The translations under genes were made by a program, and so were the position numbers. A stretch of 64,000 bases of DNA from NCBI RefSeq assembly GCF_006345805.1, contig NC_043000.1, forward strand, positions 157,046,001 through 157,110,000. Reading direction: 5' to 3'. The first letter of the stretch is position 1. Each line of letters starts with the position of its first letter. Shown here piece by piece: positions 53,315 to 64,000 of the stretch. The notes beneath the pieces were generated by a model that was given only the letters and a program-made list of their open reading frames with translations, searched no databases and was not told the DNA's origin. The stretch is from Octopus sinensis. Lineage: Eukaryota.

Positions 53315-54355
53315 ATATATATATAATAATATATATATATATATACATACACACACACAGACATATATATATACACACACACATATATATATATGGATGT
53401 ATGTATATGAATGTGTGTGCGTATGTGTGTGTAATGCAGTCACCATTTACAGTTCATTATCTCTTAGTCATTGAGAATCACGCTTTCAATCAACACACAC
53501 TAAGACGTTAAGATACTCACACATGTACACATAAATGTACAGTCTCACACTTAGACATATTTTAAAAGAACGACTGGGAAAAAATACCCAGACACGCCTA
53601 TTGTATATACTAGCATACTTGATTTATATTAAGTCAAGAATTTTTTGGCAATTAGTGATGGAGAGAATAATTTCCAAAATGATTAATTCTGATAATAAAA
53701 AAATACAGGAGAACAACCCTGAAATTATAATGAATTGAAGTTAATTAAATATGGAATGCAATGGAATGTGTATTACTAAATTTTACAATGGAAACGTCAC
53801 CAAATAACGACACTTTACGTCAAATTGTCCATCGACTATTGCAGTCCAGCATTAGTTATGTAACCGTAACAGCTTGGGATTGAAATTACCTTGACTGTTA
53901 TAAAAGCGAAACGAGCAATATATATATATATACACAAGAGTAAGGAAATTAAAATGTGATATATTGATTGCTATGTTAGGGCTACAGTTGACAAATACAT
54001 TGCGGAATTTAGTCACGTTGCGAGATCGATTTTGCCAATCAGAGTCAATAGTGCAAAGTATAAGCTTATGGTTGAGTGAAAATACTTCAAGGGAGCGGTT
54101 GCAAACTAAATATACATACAGGGAGTGGGGCCTCACTTATTTTGATCAAATCAACTGCTAATATCCATCCAAGCTAGTATTTGTTTCTCTGTAGATGTTT
54201 GTAAACACATGAAGCAACAATCAAGGGAGTTAACGTCATTAAGATCTGATGATCAAAATATTTGGACAGGATACACTGTATAGATTGGTATGTATAGGAT
54301 GTTTAAAGCCAATTAGTAGAATACCGATTCAGTCAATACATCGCATTTACTCCGG

Positions 54356-54756
54356 CCATTGTCGAACACCTCTAGCCAGTCTTCGTCATCGCCTGAATCT
54401 CCGGCCCCTCCCTTCTGTGCTTCTACAATGGTGCTTAAGGCGGTTCGGTCATGCGGCCCGGCGTCCAGAGGGTGAGCTGATTCGCGATGTCCTTCCCCCA
54501 CCTCCACTTCCCAACTGGCGCAAACGCACGGGCGGACAGCTGAAGACCTGGGCAACGACGATAAAGGAGGACCTCTCCGAACTCTCAGGTCCGCAGGTGG
54601 TCGGTCAGCGCAGATGGAACCGCGAATGGCTCGCTATCTCCAGTGACCTCGCACGGGACCGTTGAGCCCGGACCGCCATGGTTCGTGATGCCGTCAGGAC
54701 CAGAGAAGAAGTCGGCTCAATCCGCCCTGGGTGAACGCCGTCACAAGTAAGTAAGT
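54356..54756 (+). mobile_element. RTE-clade LINE 3' end, GC-rich, with (AAGT)n tail
   Basis: LRRFGHAARRPEGELIRDVL..WRKRTGGQLKTWATTIKEDL..DLARDR. TSD ATTTACTC(C/T)GG at 54345-54355 and 54757-54767. Confidence 0.88.
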
Positions 54757-55922
54757 ATTTACTCTGGTAATCCGCTCAATACGTGGCTTTATGTCAAATT
54801 TACAAAGTAATATTTGTAGTTGATACACATGTTTAAGGTTCTTGCAGAGTGTTGTTGGTTATTATCGTTGTTTAACGTCAGGTCAGCCTACCAGACCATA
54901 GGGAAAATAGAAAACTTCTCAAGCCTCAAGCTCTCTGATTTACCAGTTTACCAGTGAGTAACAGTTATGTCATTATCCCAACATTTAACCAGTCGAATAT
55001 CTGAAGCCCATACAACAAACAATACAAGAAAAGAATATTCAGTGCCCATCCACAAACAAGCATGCCTCATATAATCTTTTCAAAACATCACTAAACTTGT
55101 CGAATTGTACCTTTGTATCTACCCTTCACTGATTCATCGGTCCATGTCTGTACATTTCGCGCGGATCTTTAAATAACAACTAGCAAGCTATGCTCTACTA
55201 ATTTGTATTTACGGACCTTAGGCGAAAAGCCAATGGTACTAACTCTACTCCCTTACATTAAACAATATTAATAAACATTCTTTTTTAATGTTAAGTACTT
55301 CATAACTGTTATTCCAGTGACTCATCCGAATGTTGCTTTCTGTTTGTCTTTTCTTGGGTTTTCCAACTTACTGGTCTTTACAGTGTCCGCCACTTCGGTA
55401 AATTCTATTACAAGTGTTTATCACAACCAGTGTTTGTTCAATGTTTTAGTCGCTACAGGATAAAGACAAAGATCTGAGAAACCGAGTACACAATTGTAGT
55501 TGTTGTTGCTGTCGTTTTTATTGTTGTGATTGTTGTTCTTGTCGTTTAACCACGTCTACTCTGGTTGAACAAACATATGATCAAAGGAATTCTAACTCAG
55601 TTTATCCTGTAACTTTTTTTCCAGGCACTGTGCAACCAGAACATCAATGTCCTATTTCCCCAACAGTAGGGTTGTTTGAATTTAGGGATATTTGGTTGCT
55701 TTTCAGGCAGGTGTACATTTTATATTTTCTTAGAAGGGAGGATGGTTGTTGCTATTATTGTCATCGTCACCGTTGTTATTATTAAGCCCCACCCCAGCCA
55801 ACATCAAACTGCTCCATAATCAAAGTTGCTCCAGCATGGCAGTTTCGTTATTGCAGTTTGCCTCAGATTCAATTACCCAGTACGTGTTTCGGTGATTTGA
55901 GAACTATGTAACTGCTATTTCT

Positions 55923-56511
55923 TATTTCTTTATTGCCCACAAGGGGCTCAAAATAGAGGGGACAAACAAGGACAGACAAACGGATTAAGTCGATTACTTC
56001 GACCCCAGTGCGTGACTGGTACTTAATTTATCGACCCTGAAAGGACGAAAGGCAAAGTGGACCTCGGCGGAATTTGAACTTCGAACGTAGCGGTAGACGA
56101 AATACCTATTTCTTTACTACCCACAAGGGGCTAAACGTAGAGGGGACAAACAAGTACAGACAAACGGATTAAGACGATTATATCGACCCCAGTGCGTAAC
56201 TGGTATTTATTTAATCGATCCCGAAAGGATGAAAGGCAAAGTCGACCTCGGCTCAGAACGTAACGGTAGACAAAATACCTATTTCTTTACTACCCACAAG
56301 GGGCTAAACGTAGAGGGGACAAACAAATACAGACAAACGGATTAAGTCGATTACATCGATCCCAGTGCGTCACTGGTACTTAATTTATCGACCCCGAAAG
56401 GATGAAAGGTAAAGCCAACCTCGGCGGAATTTGAACTCAGAACGCAGCGGCGGACGAAATACCACAAAGCATTTCGCCCGGTGTGCTAACGTTTCTGCCA
56501 GCTCGCCGCCT
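55923..56511 (-). mobile_element. SINE-B trimer
   Basis: Units start at 55923, 56107 and 56280. TSD ATGT(A/G)ACTGCTATTTCT at 55906-55922 and 56514-56530. Confidence 0.92.
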
Positions 56512-56904
56512 ACATGTGACTGCTATTTCTATCAGATCGAACGAGTGAGTAATAGTTCTCTTTCACAATTACAATTCAGAGTTGTAGCATTCAATACTTT
56601 CCTCGAACGATTAGTGTAGTGAAAGTCAAGGTATTGCAACCAATAATCCTATATCGATCAATGAAGCTATCTAGCGGGAACATATAGGTGTGTCGTGCAA
56701 CTGTTGCATGAGTTCGATACGAAGGTAAATGCGTGAAACAATCAATAAACAACGTTTTAAACGAAATGGTGTTAAATGTCGTGAAGATTACTCTATGAAG
56801 CTATAAAGAAAAATGTATATCATTCATTACATGCATATGTGTATATGTGTATTTATATGCGTGGGATGTGTATGTAGGTGAATGTATATATATAACATAT
56901 ACAT

Positions 56905-57049
56905 AGGCGCAGGAGTGGCTGTGTGGTAAGTAGCTTGCTAACCAACCACGTGGCATCTTGGGCAAGTGTCTTCTGCTATAGCCCCGGGCCGACCAATGCC
57001 TTGTGAGTGGATTTGGTAGACGGAAACTGAAAGAAGCCTGTCGTATATG

Positions 57050-57086
<37 letters not shown>

Positions 57087-57282
57087 CTGTGTTTGTCCCC
57101 CTAGCATTGTTTGACAACCGATGCTGGTGTGTTTACGTCCCCGTCACTTAGCGGTTCGGCAAAAGAGACCGATAGAATAAGTACTGGGGTCGATTTGTTC
57201 GACTAAAGGCGGTGCTCCAGCATGGCCGCAGCATGGCCGCAGTAAAATGACTGAAACAAGTAAAAGAGTAAAAGAGTAAAAG
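56905..57282 (+). mobile_element. SINE-A inserted at the left end of the Tc1 element
   Basis: Family A head and tail with internal deletions. Confidence 0.88.
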
Positions 57283-58507
57283 AGGGGTTGCACAAAATAA
57301 TGGAAACACCTAGCATCATAGCATCATAATTTTGAAATATCTATAAAACCGTCAAAAGCTTGCTCATTTTTATGTTTTCTGATTTATTATTAGTGTTGCT
57401 TAATATGTTTTGCTAAAATTGCTGTTTCTTTTCAGATATCATCAGAAAAAGTTAATTAAAATTCTTTAAAATGACAGATCTGTCGAACTTTCAAAGAGGT
57501 CAAATTGTTGATGCTCGTATGGCAGGCGCTAGCGTAACGAAAACAGCTAAAATGTTTAGTGTATCGATAAGTACTGCCTCGAAAGTAATGACAGCCTTTC
57601 AGAAAGAGGGAAAAAATCTTCTCGAAACAAAACTCCGGAAGAAAACCAAAAATTTCAGATAGGGACCGTTGGATTCTTACGCGAATTGTTTGAAAGGATC
57701 ACATAAGTACAGCTCCCAAAATTACTGCAGAGCTTAATGACCACCTCGAGAACCCAGTTTCCACAAAAACTGTTCGCCGGGAACTGCACAAAGCCGGATT
57801 TCACGGGAGGGCTGCAATTAGAAAATCACTACTTTCAAAAACAAACGTTGCAAAGCGTTTAGAGTGGAGTAAAAACCTACAGAATTGGTCCCTAGAGCAG
57901 TGGAAGAATGTTATATTCTCGGGCGAGTCATCCTTTACCTTATTTCCAACTACCAGCCGAGTATACGTGTGGAGACAGGCAAAAGAAACATTTGACCCAG
58001 ACTGCCTTCTTCCAACTGTTAAACATGGAGGAGGATCTGTGATGATCTGGCGGGGCTATATCTTGGAAATCCGCCGGCCCAATTATTTCCCTAATTAATA
58101 GGAAGACTATTTAAGCATTTTACCTGATCAAATTCATCCTATGGTTGCAGAAATGTTTCCTGACGGAAACGCAATCTTTCAGGATGATAATGCACCAATT
58201 CACACAGCTAAATTTGTTATTGAATGGCACAAGGAACATTCTAGTGAAGTTGAACATCATATCTGGTCACTATAGTCCCCAGATCTCAATATTAAGGTGT
58301 TGATATCCTCCCCCATCATCACTACAAGAACTGGAGACTGTTTTAGCTGAAGAATGGACAAAAATTCCTTTGGAAACAATTCAAACTTTGTATGAGTCCA
58401 TACCTCGTAGAATTCAAGCTGTAATTACTGCCAAAGCGGTCCTCCCCCAAATTAAAATAAACTTATCTGAAATTTTAAGATGTTTCCATTATTTTGTCCA
58501 ACACCTG
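57283..58507 (+). mobile_element. Tc1-family DNA transposon, near full length, transposase pseudogenised
   Basis: TIRs GGGGTTGCACAAAATAATGGAAACA / TGTTTCCATTATTTTGTCCAACACCTG followed by TA. Protein remnants MTDLSNFQRGQIVDAR (HTH), WKNVIFSGES, VKHGGGSVMIW, IFQDDNAPIH, SPDLN, with frameshifts and stops. Confidence 0.92.
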
Positions 58508-58729
58508 TACCTATATATATATATTCGGCGCCTTGGGTAAGTATCTTGTACTATAGCTTCGGATCCACCAAAGTTTTGTGAGTGGATTTGATGGACGGAG
58601 ACTGAAAGAATCTGTCGTATATATATCTAAGTGTTTGTGTCTGTGTTTGTCCTCCCACCGCCGCTTGATAACCGGTGCGCGTGTGTTTAAGCCCTCATAA
58701 CTTAACGTTTCGGCAAAATTCTTGATGCT

Positions 58730-59300
58730 ACTGTCAGTAGTTAAGAAAGAAGGTATTAGTTATACGCCAGACCCTAACCTCTCCAATAGAAAACGCTACC
58801 GGAAAGCTCTGTGGTTTACACTATCCATCTCTTTAGGTTTTAAAACCCGAGAAGCTAAGATTTTCCTTAGCTTAGTAGACAAACACTTCCCTCGTACAAA
58901 TAGGTTCAGTAAAATATTTAATAGACACACTCTGAGAGTTTCCTTTAACTGTGCACCCAATGTAAAAAAAAATGTAGGCTCATCTGAGGCAGAAGCAGGA
59001 TGGTCATGTAGGAGTAACACGTGTCCATTAACTGGCCACTATAATACGGAAACTGTCATTCCATTTTTGTAATCAATGGATTTATTTCACTAGAATTCTT
59101 ATATGTTTACAAGCATCTCCAACTAGCAGGCCATGCCACTCCAGACTGATGACGAGCAAAGAGTCAGAAACTAGTCTCTGGATGCTGGCTTAGCTGGGTG
59201 GAGGGGCTTATCTCCCCCTTGTAAACATATGGACACAGGAAATGTGTCAAGGCCGACAGGAAGCGTTGCTGCTTCCTAGGGCTAAATAACAGTAGTATTA
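58730..59300 (+). mobile_element. Penelope-like element remnant (Naiad-type RT-thumb/linker region) with structured pLTR
   Basis: KRYRKALWF..KIFLSLVDKHFPRTNRFSKIFNRHTLRVSFNCAPN..SCRSNTCPLTG matches the recalled PLE pattern WFNPP..FL.L.DKHFP..KIFNR.T.K.SYSC.PN..CNCR..CPL.G. Confidence 0.75.
59135..59189 (+). ncRNA. Minimal type I hammerhead ribozyme motif
   Basis: Stem I (T)CCAGA/TCTGG(A), CTGATGA at 59146-59152, GAAA at 59167-59170, palindromic stem III ACTAGT, GTC cleavage triplet at 59174-59176. Stem II is poorly paired. Confidence 0.7.
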
Positions 59301-59342
59301 TTCCCTTCATGGGACTATCACATTAAGTTGACAGTATACAAT

Positions 59343-59386
<44 letters not shown>

Positions 59387-59596
59387 TATATGTATGTATA
59401 TATATATGCATATATATATATATACATATACACACATATACACACATATATATACATATATACATATATATATATATACACACACATATATATATATGCA
59501 TGTGCGTATATATACACATACAGATATATGCATATATATATATATATATCACAACTCTGTGTATATGTGAATTATGCTTTATTTAGAGCTTCTGTT

Positions 59597-59650
<54 letters not shown>

Positions 59651-60834
59651 TGCATAATATATCCTTGATATGCGAATGGATGTGTTGTATAATGGGAATG
59701 TGCATGTATACGAATGTGGGCGGTGTGTATATTTATGTATGCATTTTGGCAGCCACATGGAGTTAAATGAATGTACGAGTGTTTATATAGTTATAAAAGA
59801 GTTGTAATGCATGAATAATAAAAGTGTTCGCTATGATGTTGTTTTTCTTGATGTTGTTGTGTCTGTAATAAATATGTCGCATGTGTATTTCCGTGTGACT
59901 GAACATGCGTGCACGCGAAAGCATTTGTGTATGTGCATGTGTGTGTATATGCGTTTGTATGCGTATATATTTTGTCTGTTTTTATATGGCGCATATGATT
60001 TTAAGCGGGAGATATTTGTTTCAAGAGCTTTCAACAGAAATGAAAATCAGTGAGTAAAAAAAAAAAAGAAAAGAAAAACAAAAATAGGAAGAAAAATAAT
60101 AGAAATAAAGTGAAAACCACAAGGGAACCCAAAATATTACCATTACACCTCACTCACCACCCACGACCATCCATGGAAAATGACGAAGAAGTAAGGGGAA
60201 AAAAAGCGATGAGTGGTGTGTATGAGTGTGTGTGTGTAGGTAGGTAGCGGAAGAGATGCGCGTGGAGGCGCTGATGATTTGATGATGAGTAATAAACAAA
60301 AATTGACATTGACCGAATAATTTCATTGTTATCTCACTGACATCGTTTCCTCGAAGTCAGCAGCAAATGGCGAACAGGCGGTCGGTCGCCTGCGATGAGC
60401 CAACCCTTTCCCCTCTTAATGTTCCCACAAGCCTTCATAAATATACAGAAGTTCTTTCAAGCCTTGGTCATAGACGATAATCTTAAAACTGTATTTATTT
60501 TATTTCATTTTGCTTTAACTTTCTTGCCTTTACTTGGGCAAAAGAATTTTTGTCAATGATATCACATTTTTCATCCTTCTTTTCAACTCACTTCCTTGCT
60601 TGTACCGTTTAAAACAATTCTTCCTGTCTCTCCGTCCGTCTATCTGTCCGTCTGTCTGCCTTCCTGTCTGTCAGCATGTCTTTGTGCCTATCGGTCTCTC
60701 TCTTTCTGCCTATCCCTCTCTCTCTCCCACCCTCTATCTATCAATCTCTCTCTCCGTTTATCCATCTATCCCTATCTCTCTCTTTCTCCATCTATCTTAT
60801 CTATCAATCGACCTATCTGTATGCATGTGGATAG

Positions 60835-61278
<444 letters not shown>

Positions 61279-61479
61279 GAGGGAGAAAGAAAAGTGAAAG
61301 ATTGGGAGACGAGAGAGCATCTACTTACGTATTTGGATGTTAAGCGAAGGCTATATTGCTTTTTTCTTTATTGTGTAATTTTAATTGTTGTGCAGTTTGT
61401 CCTTGACATTTACTGAAATTTGCATCGAGATGCGATCAGTTATGTCTGAACACATTTCGTCCCCTCCTTCACGCACACA

Positions 61480-61550
<71 letters not shown>

Positions 61551-62008
61551 CAGAGTTCTAGTGTCTTCCAGTCATAGACTCTCATAATGGTGAAAACATG
61601 CAATAATATGACAAACCAAGACTCCGCCTCGCAGACACAGACGTCACTTCAAGGAAGGTTTGTATTTGCTTTAATGAGAGGACAATCGCGATTGCTCCGT
61701 CCTGTTCTAACCCCTTGTGTTAACTCCACAAGCGACGTAACTATGGAAGTCGTGGTTCTTCACTGTGTTAGACACGCCTGATATCTTGGCTAGTAGCAAA
61801 AGGTCCATCGTTTATTTGACGTTACAACAAATATGTCTCACACTCGGGAAAATGGGCGTAAAAGTATCTGCCTCAAGCATAAAAATATATCTAGAATCAA
61901 AGGCATGTGTGACACAAGCGCCATTCTCTAAATGTTTGAATATTTCAAATCGACAGGTATAGGAAAGGCATGATAGTAAAATACTGCAAAGTACGCAGGT
62001 TTCAAGTA

Positions 62009-62465
62009 TCGTAAATCCTAGAGTATAATCCGCATTTTCCCCTGAAAATTTAAAGGTCAAAATCTCTAGTGCGTACTATATACGAGGTTAAAAATGAAAA
62101 TTATTTTCTAAGCAATGTCCGAGTCTCTATTTGCTGTCCGGCTATGTTTATTCAGACGCATACCTTAAATCATCCATAACTTGCAGTTAGCAACGTTTAT
62201 TAAACGTTATTACTGTTATTTCTTTATTTTCTGCAAACAAAATGCACAAAAAAGCTACACGTCTGCATTATGTTATATATACAATAATAATAAAGGACGT
62301 TACCGTATACAGTTTTACAAACCAAGGACGTTATATAGACCTCCTTGACTCAAGTTAGAGAAGGGGTGCGTATTATACACAAGGTTTAGGTTTTTCAGAG
62401 GTACAGGCCCCTAAAAATCCCCTGCGTATTATACTCAAGGGCGGACTATAATCGAGGATTTACGC
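62009..62465. mobile_element. Non-autonomous pogo/Tc2-type DNA transposon (MITE)
   Basis: TIRs CGTAAATCCTAGAGTATAATCCGC / GCGGACTATAATCGAGGATTTACG, with internal reiterated GCGTA(C/T)TATA motifs. Confidence 0.7.
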
Positions 62466-63055
62466 AAAGGGATTCTTTTTCTCCCGCATATTTATATGCA
62501 AATGTAAATACACGAGCACGCGCGCACACACACACACACATGTGCATACATTTGCATACGCTACTAGATGGGCATTGAGTTACTTACCTTTATTTAGTCT
62601 TTGGTATGCTTTGTCTTCATTTTGTTGGGTATCCAAAATCACACTCCTCTCAAAGTGACCTAGGTGGGCTTGCTGCTTTAGTCGCAGACAGCCCAACGAT
62701 CACCTACGGGTTGCGCGGGCTTAAATGTTACGAGAAGCAACTCTCTGGTTAGCAGATCTTTGATGTGACAGGCTCGTAATGTATGTATGTATGTATGTAT
62801 GTATGTATGTACGCATGCATCCATGTACGTATGTACGTGTGTATGTGTGTATGTGTGTATGTATGTATGTATTTATGTATGCCTGTATGTTAAAATGCAT
62901 TTGTACAAAAATATCTGAGATGTTGGACTAAGATGCTATTAGAATATTGATGGCAAGGTGAGAAGATTTGCCTTTCTTGGTAAAGGGACACTATAGTGTG
63001 TGTTTAAGATAAAAATATATTTCTCTACATATATACGCGCACGCACGCGCATGAT

Positions 63056-63390
63056 GTATGTGTGTGTGCCTAAGCATGTGTGTGTGCCTAAGCATGTGTG
63101 TGTTCCTCAGTATGTAAATGTGCCTAAGCACGTGTGTGTGCCTTTAAGCATGTGTGTGCCTAAGCACGTGTGTGTGCCTTTAAGCATGTGTGTGCCTAAG
63201 CATGTGTGTGTGCCCTTAAGCATGTGTGTGCCTAAGCAAGTGTGTGTGTCTAAGCATGTGTGTGTTCCTCAGTATGTAAATGTGCCTAAGCACGTGTGTG
63301 TGCCTTTAAGCATGTGTGTGCCTAAGCATGTGTGTGTGCCCTTAAGCATGTGTGTTGCTAAGTATGTGCGTGTGCCCAAGCATGTGTGTG
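63056..63390. repeat. Minisatellite, ~16-20-bp unit GTGTGTGCCTAAGCAT with higher-order repetition
   Basis: About 18 units. The block GTTCCTCAGTATGTAAATG recurs 162 bp apart. Confidence 0.9.
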
Positions 63391-64000
63391 TATATTGATC
63401 TGGGACCTATTGTTTGAAGGTAAAGGACACTATAATGACGAGGTGGGCTTGTTGGTTTGAGATAACCAGAAGTATGTGTGCATGAATCTGTACATCAAGG
63501 CATGTATTTTCACGCAGATGTGTGTATGCAATTCTAGCATTTCAGCTATTTAGGAGTACAGATTTACTTAACGTGTACATTGCTGAGGACCCGAAGCAAA
63601 GCGTGCAGTAAACATGGAAGCTTTCGCTGCCGGAGAACTGCTTATGGAACTATCGTCGACATTTAATGAAGTTAACCGAAATTATCTTTACAATTATTTA
63701 TAATCTCTAAACTTATTGTTACATGCAATTTTTTTCTTTTTTAAAATATTTCATCATGAACATTACTGTGTATAAACGGCATCATTTTATTTTTAACCTT
63801 TAGTACGATTCTCCCATTAAACATAAAGTATTACACAAATAGAGTTGGAGTGTCAAGCCATTGGTGACATATTAAAGAAGTTGCAGTCGGTCAAAATATT
63901 TTCAGACTGCTACTTATTAGCAAATCTTAGTGATCGTTCAGAAATATCTTAATCTCATTTGTTTAGGAGATATTATTGCGTTTTTCTTTTTAGATCTTAT

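Noticed and set aside
62588-62660. Minus-strand exon ending at a strong AAG|GTAAGT donor
   Set aside because: No convincing polypyrimidine acceptor upstream.

Overview
This is AT-rich, repeat-saturated eukaryotic DNA. The SINE families and the (TACA)n/(TA)n/(ATT)n load point to an octopus (coleoid cephalopod) intronic or intergenic region; the species assignment is inference. No intact protein-coding gene is visible, and nearly every ORF in the track is microsatellite translation. The window holds at least four tRNA-derived SINE families (called A-D here), decayed LINE fragments (CR1-like, L1/Tx1-like, RTE, R4/Dong-like), a Penelope-like (Naiad-type) remnant followed by a minimal hammerhead ribozyme motif, Tc1/mariner/hAT/pogo-type DNA transposon relics, two long fold-back hairpins, one 100-N gap and a few weak candidate micro-exons. 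The most notable pattern is in SINE-B. It forms head-to-tail multimers at four independent loci with a nucleotide-identical junction (GAAATA|GGTATTTC) in the loop of its tRNA-like hairpin. Three of these arrays are bounded by a single target-site duplication (TSD), and in them internal units carry AGTAAA while the terminal unit carries AATAAA.
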